Shown here: positions 54,458 through 64,000 of the stretch, in pieces
How positions within the stretch are numbered: position 1 is the stretch's first letter
Layout of the letters: each line of letters opens with the position of its first letter
Translations under genes and position numbers: made by a program
Notes under the pieces: generated by a model
The model's input: the letters and a program-made list of their open reading frames with translations, nothing else
What the model was told of the DNA's origin: nothing
Databases searched by the model: none
Origin: the human T2T-CHM13v2.0 reference genome, Homo sapiens
Assembly (NCBI GenBank): GCA_009914755.4
Contig: CP068257.2
Location: 36,224,001-36,288,000, forward strand
Length of the DNA: 64,000 bases
Direction: 5' to 3'

Positions 54458-54582
54458 TCTTCTTCAGAGATGGGATCTTGCTATGTTGCCCAGATTGGTC
54501 TCAAACTCCTAGGTTCAAATGATCCTCTGGCTTCAGCCTCCTGAGTAGCTGACATTACAGATGCAAGTCATTGTGCCCAGCT
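54458..54582 (-). mobile_element. Partial Alu (single arm), minus orientation
   Basis: tcttcagagatgggatcttgctatgttgcccagattggtctcaaactcctaggttcaaatgatcctctggcttcagcctcctgagtagctgacattacagatgcaagtcattgtgcccagc is the reverse complement of an Alu right-arm-like monomer. Confidence 0.8.
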
Positions 54583-55435
54583 CCATATTTTCCATTTTCT
54601 AACTAAAATGACATATGCTAAGCAGGGGAGAGAAATACACAGAACTTCCAAGCTATAGCAGTTCAGCTTCTTTCTAAAACCCAAATAATAGCCCTGGGAT
54701 TTAGAGATGAGCAGGAGAAGGGCTTTTCTTAAGGATTCAGGAGGCAACACGGCTTTGTCCTTAAAGACCTTAATGATCATGCCTTATCTTGCCAACTTTA
54801 GCTGCCTAGAAATGTGAAGGGCTTAGAAACAGCCAGGGCTGAGTGGGGTGCAGCTAGCTTCAATATGACCCCATTAGTAGCACCTTTGGAGGTGTCTGCT
54901 CCTAGTGGGAGAAGTATGACCAGACTTTTGAATAGAACCAGCTTTGTTTCTGGCTGAAGATGACATCCTTGCTTTAGTAAATCCTCCTCTCCATGATCCA
55001 ACATTTCTCTCCTTGACCCATCCCCATTTCTAGCTACCTTCACTGACCCCATAGAGGTCATTCTTTGGAAGCACCTGAAATAAAAGATGCACAGCCCTTT
55101 CCTCCTCTGTCCCTCCCACCTGGTGAAAGAGGCAGACTTTCCCATTAACCTGCCCTCAGGGTGAAGTACATTGTCCTGATTACTTCAGTAAAGAGGAACA
55201 TTGGAATGAAGGTACCCCAATCAGGGAGGCTGTGTGATGAAGACAAAGGGCTTCAGAGCCATCTCCCTCCCTCTCCTGCCCTGACAGTGGTGCCCCATTC
55301 CCCATTTTTAAAAGTTGGAAATCTGAGGCAAAGCCTTATTGTAAAATGTTGCAGTTTCTCAGGTATTCCCAGGGTGAAATCTCACCCCTAAAATCAGAAA
55401 CTTTCTCACAAGTCTGATAAATGCCTGCAGGCTCA

Positions 55436-55857
55436 TTGTATTACGCCGTTCTTGGACTGCTATAAAGAAATGCCTGAGACTGGGTACTTTATAAAGAAAA
55501 GAGTTTTAAGGGGCTCACGGTTCTGCAGGCTGCACAGGAAGAATGATGCTGGCATTTGCGGCCTCTGGGGAGGCCTCAGGAAACTTACAATCATGTCGGA
55601 AGGAAGAGGTGAGAAGCAGGCACGTCACATGACAAGAGCAGGAGGAAGAGACAGAGGGGGAGGTGCCACACACCTTTAAACAACCCGATCTCGTAAGAAC
55701 TCACTCACTATGGCGAGGATAGTGCATGGATGGTGTTAAACAACTTATGAGAAATTCGTCTCCATAATCCTATCACCTCCTTCCAGGCCCCAACTCCATT
55801 ATTAGGATTACAACTCAACATGAGATCTGGGCAGGGACAGAGACCTAAACTGTATCA
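55436..55857 (-). mobile_element. THE1/MST-type (MaLR) solo LTR, minus orientation
   Basis: ctgctataaagaaatgcctgagactgggtactttataaagaaaagagttttaaggggctcacggttctgcaggctgcacaggaagaatgatgctggcatttgcggcctctggggaggcctcaggaaacttacaatcatgtcggaagg...tccaggccccaactccattattaggattacaactcaacatgagatctgggcagggacagagacctaaactgtatca is the reverse complement of the THE1/MST LTR. Confidence 0.88.
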
Positions 55858-57849
55858 CCCATGCTAACTGCTGAGGCTTCTGAAGCCCTTCGTAGGGTGC
55901 CAGAAGCCACCTGTCTGGTCATCGTGCACACACCTGTTTCCACCTGAGATGACCAGGCTGATGTGGGGCTGACTGCTTCTCACCTGCCTGGCATGGGGTT
56001 CGGCTGTGTCTTTGCTAGTGGTGCCTGGAACATTACGGGCACGGAACATGCATTTTCTTGTGGGCCGTGAAGGTGCAGAGGCCACTTTTCTTGGGTCTCC
56101 AGGTGAACCTTGGGACTGTGTTACCACTAGGAGGGCAGAGCTGTCACCCCCGATTCCTGGGGGAGACTCAAGGGTGGCACGTGGGCTTGGGGATGAACAA
56201 ACTCATGGAAGCCTTGTAGGAACACTCAGGGTTTCTCTGGCAGGAGCCAGTGTCTGTCAGAGGAAGAGACAAGCTGACAGCCTTTGACAGAGAAGACACC
56301 CGGGCCCCAGAGGCAGCGGAGGACCCCAGGCTGACAGACACACCTCCACCAAAAACAGAGGCAAGCTGACAGTGCCTGGAGCTCACGGTTTGCTTCAGAA
56401 AAGGCACCTGAGCTTCAAAAAGGAAAAGAAGAAATGAGTGCCCACAGCCAGGCTGCTGGGAATTCATCCAGGAGCTGTGGCACTGCTGGGGAGGGCCAGA
56501 AGCCGGGGCTCCTGCCAGAGCCAGGAGGGCAGCTGGTAGCTGGTTCGTGTGGGAGGCTGAGCTTTGCCTGTAGGAACAAACACTGTGGCTGCTCTTGCTA
56601 AGGTATTTAAACAGCATCTCAATGCTGGGCTGACAGTTTTTGGGTATAACTGGGTTCTCTCCATTCTACAAGGCCACTTTGGCTTCTAAGAAGGCAGCTC
56701 TAAAAAGAAGTCCCCTCTCCTATTACCTTACAGAACCCCCATTGGTGCGTGGACTCCTCCCCTTGCTTAGTGTGGGAGCCCCACCCAAGGTGCAGCCCAG
56801 CAGGGAGACAGAACAGTGTTGTTCAGTCCTGGCTGGAAGGTGTGTGCACAGTGACCCCCGATGACAGCCAAATCCATCCAGGTACAGCAATGGCAATGAG
56901 CAGAGGGAGCCTCAGCCCAAAGCTTCCCATGCTGGGAGAAATGACCCACCACACAACACTTTCTTTCTAGAAGCAAAGTTGTCTGTTCCACTGCCTTGTC
57001 TAAAATCTTGCTTTAGCTGCTGACTGGCTCTGAGAGGCCACCTATGGTCCTGATCCTGGTGCTCTCCGTGCCCTGTGGCCTGTCCCCATTTCCCCAAAGC
57101 AGACCTTTCTTCACACTCTCTCCCTGGGATTGTACTCCATTGTCACACTGCCCTCTAGTCCCTCACTTTTCTAAGCCTCTGTCCCCAGGGCTACCTCGGA
57201 TTTCCTGCATCCATCAGGGAAGTCTCTGCCTTTGAAGTCCTGGCTCAACCAGGGGTCCGTGCAGACTGGACAATCGCATGTGTCCATCTCAGGGACAGGC
57301 TTATCATCACAGCCATTGTATTCTGTACCACCTGTTAGTATAAAAAGTCTTTTGCATCTGTTTTCCCAAAGTTGCCACAGCACTTAAGACCCAGTGGGAT
57401 CCAACCCCTATTTGCTACGGGAGTAAAAATTAAGTGAGATGGGAAATCACTCCTGAGTTGGAGATCATGAGAAAGAAGAAGGGAAGATTCCTATTAAATG
57501 ACTGTTATTCAAGTGAACCTTGGACATTGGGCTGTGTGTGCTCACTACTGTGGGTTCTCCATGTTGACCGCCCTTTAAAACCATCTGGGAGGCTCGATGA
57601 AGTATCCGTGTGGGAAGGGGAAGGCAGAGCGTGATGGGGGCCACCACACATGGTGTGTCTGAGCAGCTTTGGTTGCTGACGCTAGCCTGGCATCTGTGGA
57701 ATCTGATTTGTACATTTGAGTGGCCATGAAATGGGCTCTAGTGCCCTTACCGGTCATGGAAAGTTCTATTCCAGGTAGGCCACTGCAGAGTGTCTGTCAA
57801 GGATTGTTCCCATTGGATTTCATTTCTTTTAAATTTCAAAAATGCCAGT

Positions 57850-58131
57850 ATTGGGAGGCCAAGGTGGCTAGATCACGAGGTCAGGAGATCGAGACCAGCC
57901 TGGCTAACATGGTGACATCCCATCTCTACTAAAAATACAAAATTAGCCAGGCATGGTGGCACATGCCTATAGTCCTAGCTATCTGGGAGGCTGAGGCAGA
58001 AGAATAGCTAGAACCCAGGAGGCGAAGGTTGCAGTGAGCCAAGATCACGCTACTGGACTCCAGCCTGGCTGACAGAGCAAAGACTCCATCTCAAAAGAAA
58101 AAAAAAAAAAAGAAAAAAAGAAAAAGAAAAA
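57850..58131 (+). mobile_element. 5'-truncated Alu (starts at about consensus position 35), plus orientation, with a long interrupted A-rich tail
   Basis: ttgggaggccaaggtggctagatcacgaggtcaggagatcgagaccagcctggctaacatggtgacatcccatctctactaaaaatacaaaattagccaggcatggtggcacatgcctatagtcctagctatctgggaggctgaggcagaagaatagctagaacccaggaggcgaaggttgcagtgagccaagatcacgctactggactccagcctggctgacagagcaaagactccatctcaaaagaaaaaaaaaaaaaagaaaaaaagaaaaagaaaaag. Confidence 0.93.
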
Positions 58132-60750
58132 GTCAATAATGTGTTACTGTTCTATTATTGCCCTAGAAAGGCTGTAGGTGGTGGGTGGAGTTGCAGACCA
58201 GGCTCCACAGATGTTATGCATCCTGGGCAATAAGACATCTTCCCTTTCAGCCTCAGTATTTCCATCTGCAGGTAATATCAAAGCACTGGATACAGAGGTA
58301 TTAGAAGAACTGAATTGTTATAATATTTGTGAAATTGTACTTTTTAAAAGGGAGGCATAGCCAGGGAAAAACATTTCCTTTTTCATTAGTTTAGGTGTAA
58401 TTTACAGTTGTTTATGATGATGACCCTCTCTTTGCTATATTTCTTTGTTGAAGCTTTGAATACAGAAAAAAGTTTTAAATATCCTGCTTTAACAAGAAAA
58501 TATTATCCAATGTTTTAAAATAAGAAAGGTTAAAAAGAACTTACATAGTAAAAATGCAAATATTTCCCTCCTTCTGTTAAGAAGTAAAGGCTTTCAACCC
58601 TTTAATAAGTATACTTTTCTCAAGTTTTCAGGGGGCAAAACAGCTAAGAAAGGGAGAGACGGCTCCGTCTGTTGAGAAATGTGATTTTGAGTTTCTCCTG
58701 GGTAAAGGTGGAAGAACAGTGAGAGGAAGAGATTTTTGTCTTTTGTGTATAATCTCGGTAGAAATCATGACATCGCTTTAATGATATTCTTGCACATGTG
58801 AAACTAATAATAGTTTGTGAGCCCAGAGGGAAAAACCAGTTTTGCCCTGAAATACAGCCAAGTTGGACTAGAAAAGCGATTGTTAAGGAAACTGTCCTTA
58901 GCTGGATTGTCCTCTTCTCGTTCTCTCTCACTCCCCCTCACTCTGCTTCTTTCTCTCTCTTTCTCCAGCTCTCTTGTCTCACCCTCAAGTCTAAAAATTA
59001 TAACAGCATTTCAAGAAGCTAATACACTACCACACTTTTGCTGACACTCTTAAAATCTCTTGTAAAGAACACACCTTGGACCCTCACAGCCAGTGAATGT
59101 TAATTGAAGAGTGGACCTTGGTAGTGTCTGGGAGAATGCTGAAAAAGACCAGAGGTGGGAAGAGTTCAAGGCCAGATGTCCAAAATGCAGGGCCAGAGTC
59201 TCCTGACCCTGATCACAAATCCTAGCTACCTGGTACAACCTAACCTTGTGAACTTGGCTTCCAGTTCCCTACCTACAAAATGGGAAAACAGTAAGTTCCC
59301 TTCCTTCCTGGGCGCTTGTGAGAACCAACTGGCTTAATGACTGGGACATTATTGCTGAAAGCTAGTAGCATATGAGTTCCACTATGCAAAGGTGTTTGCT
59401 TGGTGTCTGATGTTAATTCCTCCTTTACAACTCGCCCAGTTCGTGTGGCTGGGAGGCTCAGGTTGGGCACAGGTTCTGGCAGCTGAGAATGACCTGTCCA
59501 GCTTCTTTGAATGTTTTCATGTCAAATCAGATTGCTTCTGTGGTCAATGGATGAGGGATTACAGATTGTTCTTTCACTAGGAAATGTTAGAATGTAAATA
59601 GGCACAGCCTTTTTGAAGGGCAATTTAGTGAAATGTAACAAAAGCTTTCAAAAAAGTGCCTACCCTTTTTACCCAGCAATTATATGTATAATGCTTTATA
59701 CTAAAAAGGCATTCTGATATAGTGTGTAGAAAGACACAGTGTGTGGGAGATGCTTATACAGCACTGTTTACAACAACAAAAAAAGGGAAAACAACCCAAA
59801 TGTCCAAAATATAGGATGCTATAAATCCACAGGAAGTATGTTTTAGAATCACTCACAATGCAGCCACCACAATGATAGTCTATGTTTCGTTGACCATATC
59901 GAGTACCTACTATGTGCAGGACATCAACTAGGGAAACATCAGTGAACAAAACGAACAAAAGAACTCTACCCCTAGGAGCTTGCCTTCTATTGCAGGAGAC
60001 AGAAAATAAACAAAGCCACATGCAATTTGCGTGGCGTGTTAGAAGGTAACGCATACTATGGAGGAAGTTTAATCGGGAAGGAGGAGGTGGCAGCAGAGGT
60101 GAAGGATGGGTGCCAGCACAAACTTAAAGGAGGTGGGAATGAAGGCGCTTGCTGAGAAGGGGCAATTCTGGGTGGATTTGATGGGAGAAAGGCAAATCTG
60201 GGGAAAGGACATCCAAGGCAGCAGAAGGAGTGAGTTAGGAGGCCTGGACATATGGAGCAAGTATCCATCATGTTAGAGAAACAGCATGAGGCCATCAGCA
60301 AGGTGCGTGAAGAGCAGGGAGTGAGACCCACAGTAAAAGACAATGAGCCCAAAGAAATCTGCAAACCACTCCTCATTCCTGACTTGGAGAGAAGTTGATG
60401 ATGAATTATCAAATAACAATATCAGTCAACAATATATGATCCAATTTTAGTTATAAAACATAAAACATAGTAAACCCTCCTATTTACAGTCTGTGCTATA
60501 TTCTCCCCCACTTCTGCCTCCCCCTTCCTTCTCTCCTTCCTGCCTTTCTTTGTTCAAAAATTTAGCTTATCTGAATGTTCACATTTTTCTACAGTGAACA
60601 TACTTGTGCAACAAACAAATAAGAAAGGCTCAGGTAAAATAAATTGACAGTATTTTATTGTCTTTGGTCAAGCTGTTTGAGCACAGAATTCACCAATGTT
60701 AAAATGTGTTTACTTTTCTGAATTAGCAATAAACACTATTTGCTTTGTAG

Positions 60751-60797
60751 AAAGGTTAAAACAGTGGAAGAGCTCAAATTGGGAAGTTACTTTAAAG
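60751..60797 (+). CDS. Candidate 47-nt internal exon with a polypyrimidine/AG acceptor and a perfect GTGAGT donor. The open frame is (K)VKTVEELKLGSYFK. Speculative.
   Basis: ctatttgctttgtag|AAAGGTTAAAACAGTGGAAGAGCTCAAATTGGGAAGTTACTTTAAAG|gtgagtgt. One frame is open across the whole exon, but no homolog is recognised. Confidence 0.1.
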
Positions 60798-62650
60798 GTG
60801 AGTGTTGTCTTAGAGAAAGAGTAGGTTGGTTTCCACAAGTTAGGCTATACCCAAAATACACTTTCTCTGCATTTCTATCGGTGAAATTTCCCCAGGGTGA
60901 ATCTGAAAAGTGCCATGTGTATGGAAACCACATGGAAATAGAGGGATAAAGGTAGAGAGCTCCTCCACCCCCACACATGTATCTACAGACATGTTCAAAC
61001 TCATCTGTAATCATAAGAGCATTGACCTTGACTTTACCGTAAAACTTTGATGATTGAGAATGCTTCAGGACTGGAGTGTTCCAGTTTAATTTGAATTATT
61101 TGGATAATTGACTCAACCAGGAATAAACAGACGTTCAAGTTAGGATTTCAAATTCAGTTGTTAAAAATCTTTCTAAAAAGTGAGCTCCCTTCTCTATGTT
61201 GGTAAGTGTGCTGTGCTGGACACAGTTCAGTCTTTGATGATGTGGGTGCCCTGGGATGTAACTGGGTCATTATTCTAGTCTTAAACTCATTTATTTCTCC
61301 TTTAAAGTCCTAGAAGAGTAGTGTAAGTAGCATATCTGCCTTCTGAAGTAACACATATGCTTGGCATTAAAAATTATAAAATCATTAAATTGTTTATTAC
61401 AGTTTTTCATATCCTCTTAGAAGCAGGGGACAGGAAAACCAGCTAACTAATTTGTTTTTTTTAATTATCCCAATTTTGTAGCTAGAAAACCTGATATAGA
61501 GAGAAGTAAAATAACTCATCTAATAGAGCTCAGTGTCTGTCAAAGCTCATCCCATAGAACCACATGACTCCAGGTTAACTCCAATCTCTCAGGCTCCTAG
61601 AAAGGAAATATGATTATGCCCAAGGGCATGAGGACTTAGGTTCTGAAGATCTTTAAGGCAACCCAGAAGAACAATGTCAATACAGGAAGACCAGAAATCA
61701 GTGACCTGGACTGTGCTTCAATTTTTATATGGCTTAGAGAAGTGAATGTTACTTCCCTTGTCCCATCTGAAACACAAATTTATTCCTTCTCCTCCATCGT
61801 TTAAATATCACATCTGAGTGACATCTAGAATGGATGTTTTTGCCAGTACAAGTTACTAAGAAAAGAAGAAAGCTCTTTCCCATGTGACATCTCCCCTCTG
61901 ACCTACATAACAGTATTTTGGTGTTTTATTTCTTGTACAGTGGGTCCTCACAGCATTCATAGAAATGGCTACAATGTGCCTACATGGAATAATAGATTCT
62001 GTATTATTTTTCCAAAGATAACTATTTTCAATAGTTTTAATAGTTTCTGGTAGTTCTCAGTACACTTTAAGGATTATAGAAATATTATTCAAATATCATA
62101 TATTGAATGGCCCTTCCATGAAAACATAGGGGATACAATAATGTGTAGTCTGACCCTCGTTGGCAAAGAAGTTTGCATCTGGCAGAGAGAAGAAGTGTGC
62201 AGGAAGGCACCGGCCTACAGGGTGGCTGCAGAAGAAACCCCACAGACAGTGCCCATGGTGAGAAGATAAAAGCTCAAGCCTGAGAACATGACTTTGCATT
62301 TTGGTGGCATTTTCAAATATACTTTTAATTGACATCTCAAATTCAATGACCTGGACATCTAACTCAAGAAGCCACCTAGTTTATTGTTTTGATTTCTCTG
62401 ACATGACAGCATATAAATTACCCTTCCTTCCTTTTAAAACAATGCCAGGGTGTGAGAACCTCTGTTTTCAGCAAGTCCCTCTTGCACATATCTTAAGCCC
62501 ATTTTTTTTCCTCTCTCTTTATTAGAAACAATTGTCCCTTCCTCTCCATGCTGTCTGCGATTTGTTCTCAGGGGCTAAGAGCTTCAGTGTTCCTACTCAG
62601 TGTTTTCTCTTTCTTTGCCAACTCAGTGAGACCCCTCTTGCCTTTTCTCA

Positions 62651-63010
62651 TGATATGATTTGGCTGTATCCCCACCCAAATCCCACCTTGAATTGTAATA
62701 ATCCCCATGTGTCAAGGGTGGGGCCAGGTGGAGATAACTGAATCATGGGGGTAGTTTCTCCCTACTGTCTCATGGTAGTGAATAAGTCTCATGAGATCTG
62801 ATGGTTTTATAAAGAGGCATTCCCCCGCACAAGCTCTCTTGCCTGTCACCATGTAAGATGTGCCTTTGCTCTTCTTTCATCTTCCACCATGATTGTGAGG
62901 CCTCCCCAGCCATATGCAACTGTGAGTCCACTAAACCTCTTTCCTTTATAAATCACCCAGTCTCAGGTATGTCTTTGTTAGCAGCATGAGAATGGACTAA
63001 TATGTAATGC
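62651..63010 (+). mobile_element. THE1/MST-type (MaLR) solo LTR, plus orientation
   Basis: tgatatgatttggctgtatccccacccaaatcccaccttgaattgtaataatccccatgtgtcaagggtggggccaggtggagataactgaatcatgggggtagtttctccctactgtctcatggtagtgaataagtctcatgagatctgatggttttataaagaggcattcccccgcacaagctctcttgcctgtcaccatgtaagatgtgcctttgctcttctttcatcttccaccatgattgtgaggcctccccagccatatgcaactgtgagtccactaaacctctttcctttataaatcacccagtctcaggtatgtctttgttagcagcatgagaatggactaata. Almost base-for-base the THE1 LTR consensus. Confidence 0.92.
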
Positions 63011-64000
63011 AATTGGCCATCTTATGGAATCTTAGGGTGCTTTAAGGGGACAGAGTGATTGGATCTGTTTTGTGGTTGGAATATGAAGCACAGATGACTC
63101 AATCAGATTACCGGTGTCTGAAATGACATGGGAAGAAGCCAGGACAGACACACAGGGCTCCTCACTCTATTTATCACTCTCCATGTATAAGTCTTGCCTT
63201 ATTTTAGCAATATCAATAGTTCCTCTGGAAATTAAAAACAAAACAAAACAAAACAAAAAAAAACGAAGAAGCAACTTGAGTCCAGATTCTTTACCTGAAG
63301 AAAGAAATGAACTGCAACAATACTTGTACATTGCAAGGGCTCAAGTAGTCAAATGAGGTTATGATTTTTCACCAGGACACCCAGGGTCTGTCTTTAGTGC
63401 TAACAGCCTCCTGACACCTATTTTGTAATAAAAGGACAATTTACTTTATATTGGTAGAGAGTAACCAAAAAACATCCAGATATTGTTGAGTAACTGATCA
63501 TTTTAAGAAAACCTTATTAATGCAATGAAAATATTGTGGGTTTATTTGAAAATGGCTGGTGGGGTTTAATTAAATTCTCCTATCCCACAACAGTTTTTTG
63601 TGTTGCTGAAACCACAATGTGATCCTTTCTATTAGCTGCTCTAAAGTCCAGGTTTCACACTTTTTGTGGGTGGGCTATTGTGAATGACTTTGGTATTGTT
63701 TGGGTGATTTATAACCCAAGGATTTTCAGGTGAAATATACCTTCTGATGCTGGATCCCATGTTCTAGCTATTATCCCAGTGGCCAAGATAACCACTTTGT
63801 ACTTCCCATGAGAGCTGAATCTCACAAAAGACTCAGCCTTGCTAACTTAAAATAAACTCCACTTATGCACACGACAGGAATAGAGAAGACTATCTCAGTG
63901 GTGCAAGCCAAATAAACAATTTCCCTGAAAAATAAAATTCATTGACAGCAAAGTATTTTTGTTCATTTTTTTTTGGTATCACTTTGGGGTCTTGAAAAAA

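Overview
This window is not a prokaryotic accessory region. It has every hallmark of primate, almost certainly human, nuclear DNA. It is AT-rich and CpG-depleted, with no CpG island. It contains at least 12 Alu SINEs with poly-A tails and target-site duplications (TSDs). It also contains fragmented LINE-1 elements whose ORF1/ORF2 remnants are still translatable, MIR fragments, four THE1/MST-type (MaLR) solo LTRs, three copies of another LTR-like family, a palindromic hAT-like non-autonomous DNA transposon, and many microsatellites: (TG)n, (TA)n, (GT)n(GA)n and (TTCA)n. I found no convincing multi-exon protein-coding gene, rRNA, tRNA, CRISPR array or operon-like structure. The two ORFs over 200 aa in the six-frame track do not look like proteins and were rejected (see noticed_but_rejected). 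Every other ORF I checked is a read-through of an Alu, L1 or microsatellite, or a short spurious ORF. The most likely interpretation is an intronic or intergenic, repeat-rich stretch of a primate chromosome. The only gene-like signals are three short candidate exons with good splice and Kozak context: an 'MGCIC' start exon behind a TATAAA box at about 43.3-43.5 kb, a signal-peptide-like leader at 181-236, and a 47-nt internal exon at 60751-60797. All three are low confidence without cDNA or conservation data. I saw no evidence for a novel defence or biosynthetic 'system'. The interesting biology here is transposon insertion history: a young AluY with a perfect TSD inside an old L1, two independent tandem Alu insertions, and a rearranged L1.
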